Below, one piece after another: positions 34,585 to 39,439 of a stretch of DNA of 39,439 nt. The notes beneath the pieces were generated by a model. The model was given only the letters and a program-made list of their open reading frames with translations. It had not been told where the DNA came from and did no database searches. The DNA comes from a virus (taxonomy: Duplodnaviria; Caudoviricetes): positions 1 through 39,439 of the IMG/VR virus record IMGVR_UViG_3300025127_000087. One strand, written 5' to 3'. How positions within the stretch are numbered: the stretch's first letter is position 1; each line of letters begins with the position of its first letter. The position numbers and the translations under genes were made by a program.

Positions 34585-36322
34585 TATCTCAGAATCGAAC
34601 CTGACAGAAGAGATCATCTCTGCGATTTCGTGGAGGAAACGTCACCTTGCGGAGCTTGAGGATCAGGTCAAGAAGTACCACGGCGGTGCGTACATTGACG
34701 ATGCCGGGATGGGCGCAGGCCAAGGCACAGATCCAGAGAACTACGCTTTCTCTTACATCTCGCTGGTTCTTCCCCGGCTTGCGCACGACGTGCCTCGCGT
34801 CCAGGTTGAAGCCCAAGGCGAAGCCGCACTCGATGACACTGCGAAGATGATCGAGATGGCGATGAACACCTGGGCCACGCGCTCGAACCTGCGCAGGACC
34901 ATTGAGCGCATCGCGGTTGACATGCTCTTCAGCTACGGCGTGGCGATGGTGACCCCTGTCCCGAACACCTCGATGCGACGAATTGAACCAGCCCACGGCG
35001 GAAAGCTGCCTCGTGTGTATCGCATCTCCCCGGATAAGTTCGTGATCGATCCGTCGGCAACAGACCTGAGCGACGCTCGGTACGTCGGCCACCAGTATGT
35101 CATCGACCATGATGACCTCATCGAGCAAGGCAAGGCCAGCAGCTACTTCGACGATCAGAAGGTTGCAGATCTTGTGACTGGTGATGACGAGACAGGAACC
35201 TACGACAGCCAGGCCGGTAGGAATACTCCGAACCGCAAGCAGGTGATCGTCACTGAACTGTGGATTCCAGACGGCGAACTCCCCGAGGAGTTCCAGGATG
35301 GATTGCATCACGGGGTGATCATCAGGATCGCATCGAGCGGCAACGACTACTACACCGTGATCAGCGAACCCGAGCCGTTCTACGGCCCTCCAAGCGGCCC
35401 GTACGCCCTTGTGGGAGCCTACACGGTTCCAGGCGACTGCTACCCCCTCGGTGTGATGACTGCGTCTCAGGGGCTTACAGACGAACTCAACAGCCACCTC
35501 AAGTCAATGAACTCTTCAGCAGGTGCGTACCGTCGATTGGTCCTGGTGGATTCCCGAGGCACGAAGCTGGCTCAGGACATCGCGTCCACACCAGACCTGC
35601 ACGTCGTACCAGTTGAGAACATCGATCGAGACCGGGTTGTACCCATCGAGATCGGTGGAGTAACGCAGCAACAGTTGCAATACACAAGCATGACCCAGGA
35701 TCGGCTCGACCGATTGACTGGGTTGAACGAGGTCATTCGTGGTCTCGTCACAGGGGATGCGACGGCAACGGAAGTCCAGACCGCTGCCTCCTCCTCTGGC
35801 TTGCGTATCTCATGGTTGCAACGGTGCTTCGCAGAGTCGATCGACAACCTCATGTACGTCGCTGGTTGGTACATGTACCACGGTGGCGAGGTCGAGATCG
35901 GTCTCGGTGCAGAGTCCGCAGTCGCATTCGGTTCACGCCTCACGTTCGTCGGAGGATCGTTCGGTGAAGACTACGACTCGTACAGCATCAAGGTCAGCAC
36001 GTACAGCCTGGAGCGTTCGAGTGAAGCACTCCAGCAGAAGCGAGCATTGGAGTTGCTCCAGTTGGTGATGCAAGTGGGTGAAGCAGTCCCCGCCATGCCG
36101 CACGTTCGTTGGGACAGACTGCTAGAGATGGTTGGAGATCAGATGAATATGCCTGCTCTCCGCGACATCATCTCCGCTCCCAAAGCATCGCAGCAACCCG
36201 CTCCTCCCAATGCTGCTGGTGCTGGGGGTGTCCCAATCGGTAGCGCGGATCTCGGTGGATTAACCGGGCAAGCGATGAGTGGAATGAGTCCAGGGAATGG
36301 TCGAGCGTCAGTCGGAAGGTGA
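34577..36322 (+). CDS. Portal protein
   Basis: ~581 aa; RISP..F.IDP.A, G...TATEV motifs; between terL and scaffold. Confidence 0.85.
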   Translation: MFDISESNLTEEIISAISWRKRHLAELEDQVKKYHGGAYIDDAGMGAGQGTDPENYAFSYISLVLPRLAHDVPRVQVEAQGEAALDDTAKMIEMAMNTWATRSNLRRTIERIAVDMLFSYGVAMVTPVPNTSMRRIEPAHGGKLPRVYRISPDKFVIDPSATDLSDARYVGHQYVIDHDDLIEQGKASSYFDDQKVADLVTGDDETGTYDSQAGRNTPNRKQVIVTELWIPDGELPEEFQDGLHHGVIIRIASSGNDYYTVISEPEPFYGPPSGPYALVGAYTVPGDCYPLGVMTASQGLTDELNSHLKSMNSSAGAYRRLVLVDSRGTKLAQDIASTPDLHVVPVENIDRDRVVPIEIGGVTQQQLQYTSMTQDRLDRLTGLNEVIRGLVTGDATATEVQTAASSSGLRISWLQRCFAESIDNLMYVAGWYMYHGGEVEIGLGAESAVAFGSRLTFVGGSFGEDYDSYSIKVSTYSLERSSEALQQKRALELLQLVMQVGEAVPAMPHVRWDRLLEMVGDQMNMPALRDIISAPKASQQPAPPNAAGAGGVPIGSADLGGLTGQAMSGMSPGNGRASVGR

Positions 36323-36325
36323 TCG

Positions 36326-36625
36326 ATGCCTGAATACAGCTTCGTCGATGCAGACGGGAACCATGAGTTGTTCTGCTACTCCATGAAGGAAGTTCCGCCA
36401 ACCGGGACCACGGTAGATATCGGTGGCAAGACCTGGACGAGGGTCATCGACATCCCCCAGTTGTCGGCAGACATTGCCTCGAAGACCCATGGATACCCAT
36501 ACGTCTCGAAGGCACTGCCTCGGAACATGAAGGGCGCGGACACAAACAAGCAGGGCCAGCCTGTGATCAGATCCAGGTGGCACGAACGAGAAATGCAAGC
36601 AAGGCACGATCTTGGGAGAGACTGA
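36326..36625 (+). CDS. FmdB-like small protein lacking the zinc-ribbon cysteines
   Basis: MPEYSF...E....M start and IRSR.HERE tail; located after portal. Confidence 0.5.
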   Translation: MPEYSFVDADGNHELFCYSMKEVPPTGTTVDIGGKTWTRVIDIPQLSADIASKTHGYPYVSKALPRNMKGADTNKQGQPVIRSRWHEREMQARHDLGRD

Positions 36626-36626
36626 C

Positions 36627-37481
36627 ATGGAAGACAAGAAGACCCGCGATGAAATGAACGATGATGCGATCCTCGACAGGATCCTGGGCGACGACCTCGA
36701 CACACAAGAAATGATCGAGCCGACTGACATTCCGAAGGTGGAAGAGGAGCCAGAACAAGAAGATGCGAAGGTCACCGAGGATTCATCGTCAGCATCAGAG
36801 CACGCAGATGTGTTCAAGAGAGACAACGTTCCGCAGGAGTTCATCGACACGCTACGGGAGAAGCATGGCGACGAGGCCGTTGACGCTTGGGCGCAGAAGG
36901 CTTCGGCTCGTCAAGCCAACGTCGATACCTTTTCAAAGGAAATGCGTGAACTGAAAGACAAAGTTTCCGATATGGAAAAAGGAGGCAAACCCTCCTCTGA
37001 TGCGCAGGACGACGGCAACACCGCGACTGCGAACACCGAGGCAACCCAACAGGATGACCTTGGTCCGCTCGCCGAGATGTACGGTGAGGAAATTGCTGAT
37101 CCCATTCGAGCGACCCGAGACCAGCTCAACAAGCTGACCGGAGAGATCGACAGGTTGAAGCAAGAGGCGGAGATCCGCGAGTCCATTGCGTACGCGATTG
37201 GCGACGAAGCACAGAGGCGAGGTGGCATGACCACCGAGCAGCGCAAGCAAGTCATCGACCGTGCGAATCAGATGGGCAACGAGTCTCCGGGTTCGTTCAA
37301 CAGTGTCGCCGACATGATCCAGGCAGCATCAAAGGAACTACTGGGTGAGCCAGTGAAGTCCAAGCCAACGACGCAAGTCAAAGCACAGATGACTCCACCA
37401 AGCCAAACTCCAGTGCCAGAGAAACCATTGACCGCCGAAGAGGTGGAAGATCAGATCCTGGACCGAATCCTTTCAAGCTAA
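36627..37481 (+). CDS. Capsid scaffolding protein
   Basis: Acidic coiled-coil protein just before MCP; D.ILDRIL motif at both ends. Confidence 0.75.
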   Translation: MEDKKTRDEMNDDAILDRILGDDLDTQEMIEPTDIPKVEEEPEQEDAKVTEDSSSASEHADVFKRDNVPQEFIDTLREKHGDEAVDAWAQKASARQANVDTFSKEMRELKDKVSDMEKGGKPSSDAQDDGNTATANTEATQQDDLGPLAEMYGEEIADPIRATRDQLNKLTGEIDRLKQEAEIRESIAYAIGDEAQRRGGMTTEQRKQVIDRANQMGNESPGSFNSVADMIQAASKELLGEPVKSKPTTQVKAQMTPPSQTPVPEKPLTAEEVEDQILDRILSS

Positions 37482-37520
37482 TAGCGTCATGCGGCTCAAT
37501 CAATCAAAGGAGCCATACCA

Positions 37521-38831
37521 ATGGCTGGAACCGCACTTTCCAAGTTTGCAGACTTTGTAGCTGCAACTGGCCCCGCGTACCTGACCGGGCCTGACGTTCT
37601 CGTCAACGAAGCTGTCGAGAGAAACTATCTTTGGGGCGCACTCGCAAGTGGACCCCAGGGTGTCAACATTCAAACTGGTGCTGAGATCAAGGACTCCTTG
37701 ATGCTTGATGCCTCGAACACGTTCGAGTTCTACAAGCCCAACGCAACCTTCAGCTACCGCAACCCCAACGTGCTCGACACGACCTCGGCCCCCTGGCGTT
37801 TCGCTGTCGATCACATGGCGTTCACTGATCACGAGATCGAACTGAACGCTGGTGACGGCCTCTCCGTTGACGGCATCAAGAACGTCTACAAGAGACTGAA
37901 GCGCGTCAAGGAACAGCGCATGACCACGTCGCTGGTCAACGGCATGGAGAAGTCTCTCTTCGCCGACTGCGTTGCGAACAAGGCTGAGATCGCTGATGCC
38001 ACTGGCAGCCAGCCCTTCCCCCTGTCTGCGTTCATCAACGAGATCATCGTTGACAGCGCAGAAACTCAGCTTGGCGAGATCCGTGGTGGTGGTGTGCCGA
38101 AGGGATGGACCGACATCCAGGGCATCGACCCATTTGCTGAACCTCGTTGGTCGAACCAGGTTTCGTTCTACGACGAAGCTGGCTTGGCAAGCAAAGCAGT
38201 TGCGACTGTTGCAAGAAGCCGGACTGGGCAAAGCGCAGCCGGAAACAACCACACCGTTGCAAGCCGGAACATTCCGGCTGGTGGCTTCCTCAATGCCTTC
38301 GACGACATGTTCCTGAAGTGTCAGTACACTGCGCCCGCGCAGTTCTCTGAGTACTTCAGCAACGCCACGATGGCACAGCAGATGATCCTCACTTCCCGCG
38401 CTGGTCTCAACCAATACACCGATGCGCTTCGCGATGCTAACGATCGACTGGTTTCACCCCAGGATCCGGCCTACGCACAGCCCACCTATGCGGGTATTCC
38501 TCTGCGATACATCTCCTCCCTCGACACTGCGAAGCTCTACCCTGGCGACTCTGATGCAAGCCAGAACAACAGCTACGACCTCAGTGTTGCTGAAGGTGAT
38601 TCCGCTGAAACCAGTGCTCATAATGTTGCATCTGGAACTGCACGGTACTACTTCGTCAATGGCGAGTACCTCAACGTGGTTCTCCATGGCAACCACTTCT
38701 TCAAGAAGTCAGATGTCATGCGTCACCCCAACCAGCCCTACACCTCGATCGTCCTGTGTGACACTTGGTGGAACCTGATGGCTCGTTCGCGTCAGCGTCA
38801 CGGCATCATTGCACCTTGTCACAGTTCGTGA
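37521..38831 (+). CDS. Major capsid protein, allele B (full length)
   Basis: 436 aa; AAGGAG SD; after scaffold; YAGIP, YF.N..YL and R.RHG motifs. Confidence 0.85.
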   Translation: MAGTALSKFADFVAATGPAYLTGPDVLVNEAVERNYLWGALASGPQGVNIQTGAEIKDSLMLDASNTFEFYKPNATFSYRNPNVLDTTSAPWRFAVDHMAFTDHEIELNAGDGLSVDGIKNVYKRLKRVKEQRMTTSLVNGMEKSLFADCVANKAEIADATGSQPFPLSAFINEIIVDSAETQLGEIRGGGVPKGWTDIQGIDPFAEPRWSNQVSFYDEAGLASKAVATVARSRTGQSAAGNNHTVASRNIPAGGFLNAFDDMFLKCQYTAPAQFSEYFSNATMAQQMILTSRAGLNQYTDALRDANDRLVSPQDPAYAQPTYAGIPLRYISSLDTAKLYPGDSDASQNNSYDLSVAEGDSAETSAHNVASGTARYYFVNGEYLNVVLHGNHFFKKSDVMRHPNQPYTSIVLCDTWWNLMARSRQRHGIIAPCHSS

Positions 38832-38852
38832 TCTCGGAAGGAAGGACTAATC

Positions 38853-39305
38853 ATGTCTCTCAGCTTTACTCAGGGGCCATCGGGCCTCGAATTTGAAACC
38901 CAGAGCGTCACGATCACATGCACTGACGCACTCAGCAAGGGCAACCTTGTCGAGTTCACCCTGGCATCGGAAGGCTACGCTGCATGCACGAAGTCAACCG
39001 ATGCTCTCAATGGTGCTGCTGTTCTCATGGGAATTGCCCTTGAGGATGTCACCGCAGGCTCACAAGGTCGCATCGGTGTTCGTGGTACTTTCCAGTGTAC
39101 TTGCGACTCTGAAGTTTCTGCCGGTGACGCACTGAATGCAAGTGCTGCCCACGCCGGGAACCTTGACACTATCGATGCACCAGGGGCAAATGACACCGCT
39201 CTTACGAAGGTGGTCGGAGTCGCACTTGGTGCGTCTGCCACCGACACAGATCTCACGCTGTGTCTCTTCGATGGCATCAATGGGTTCTCCTCGCAGAACA
39301 CTTGA
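38853..39305 (+). CDS. Capsid decoration/cement protein, allele B
   Basis: First 20 codons identical to 966-1025, then strongly diverged. Confidence 0.75.
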   Translation: MSLSFTQGPSGLEFETQSVTITCTDALSKGNLVEFTLASEGYAACTKSTDALNGAAVLMGIALEDVTAGSQGRIGVRGTFQCTCDSEVSAGDALNASAAHAGNLDTIDAPGANDTALTKVVGVALGASATDTDLTLCLFDGINGFSSQNT

Positions 39306-39371
39306 TCCATTCAAACCACACGCTTGGGGGGGTAGCCATTCCCCCTCAAGTGATTTCAACTAGGAGATCGC

Positions 39372-39439
39372 ATGTACGCACCGACACAAGGCCCAGTCAA
39401 TACTGGATTCGCGCAGACCGAGATCGAAGCAAAGGCATC
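39372..39439 (+). CDS. Start of the second decoration-like gene (truncated by the window edge)
   Basis: Identical to 1482-1549. Confidence 0.8.
   Translation, partial: MYAPTQGPVNTGFAQTEIEAKA

Larger units (their letters stand above)
37894..39439 (+). repeat. Right copy of imperfect terminal direct repeat
   Basis: Homologous to 1-1549. Confidence 0.95.

Noticed and set aside
37500-38414. Long antisense ORFs (also 34589-35497)
   Set aside because: These are shadows of the capsid and portal genes caused by codon bias; no motifs.
37894-39439. Terminal repeat as a true direct terminal repeat or simple circular overlap
   Set aside because: The interior is too diverged, with indels and different loops; physical terminal repeats are identical.

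Overview
The window appears to be one essentially complete, circularly permuted genome (~37.9 kb unit) of a short-tailed dsDNA phage (podovirus-like Caudoviricetes). All annotations below come from reading motifs by eye; no database searches were run. The + strand late module runs terminase small/large, a sigma-like factor, portal, scaffold and major capsid protein (MCP). It continues across the contig ends through decoration proteins, head-tail adaptor, a metallophosphoesterase, small basic proteins, two paralogous fibre proteins, a nozzle, ejection proteins and a 3214-aa polyvalent protein (HExxH peptidase, two ADP-ribosyltransferase-like domains and others). It ends with membrane proteins and a Flp-type pilin. 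A divergent promoter region at ~25.4-25.5 kb drives five small leftward early genes and a rightward recombination/replication module (RecT-like, RecE-like, initiator, DnaA-C-like HTH, RusA). I recognise no integrase, DNA polymerase or endolysin. Four things stand out. (1) The contig ends (1-1549 vs 37894-39439) are two alleles of the MCP-plus-decoration cassette that differ mainly in two MCP loops and in the decoration protein. (2) A repeated H-type pseudoknot-like element with one compensatory change sits 7-8 nt after stop codons in a leftward operon whose five ORFs share one reading frame. (3) The phage encodes a Flp pilin. (4) The giant protein has recurrent Ser-Arg motifs at its domain junctions.
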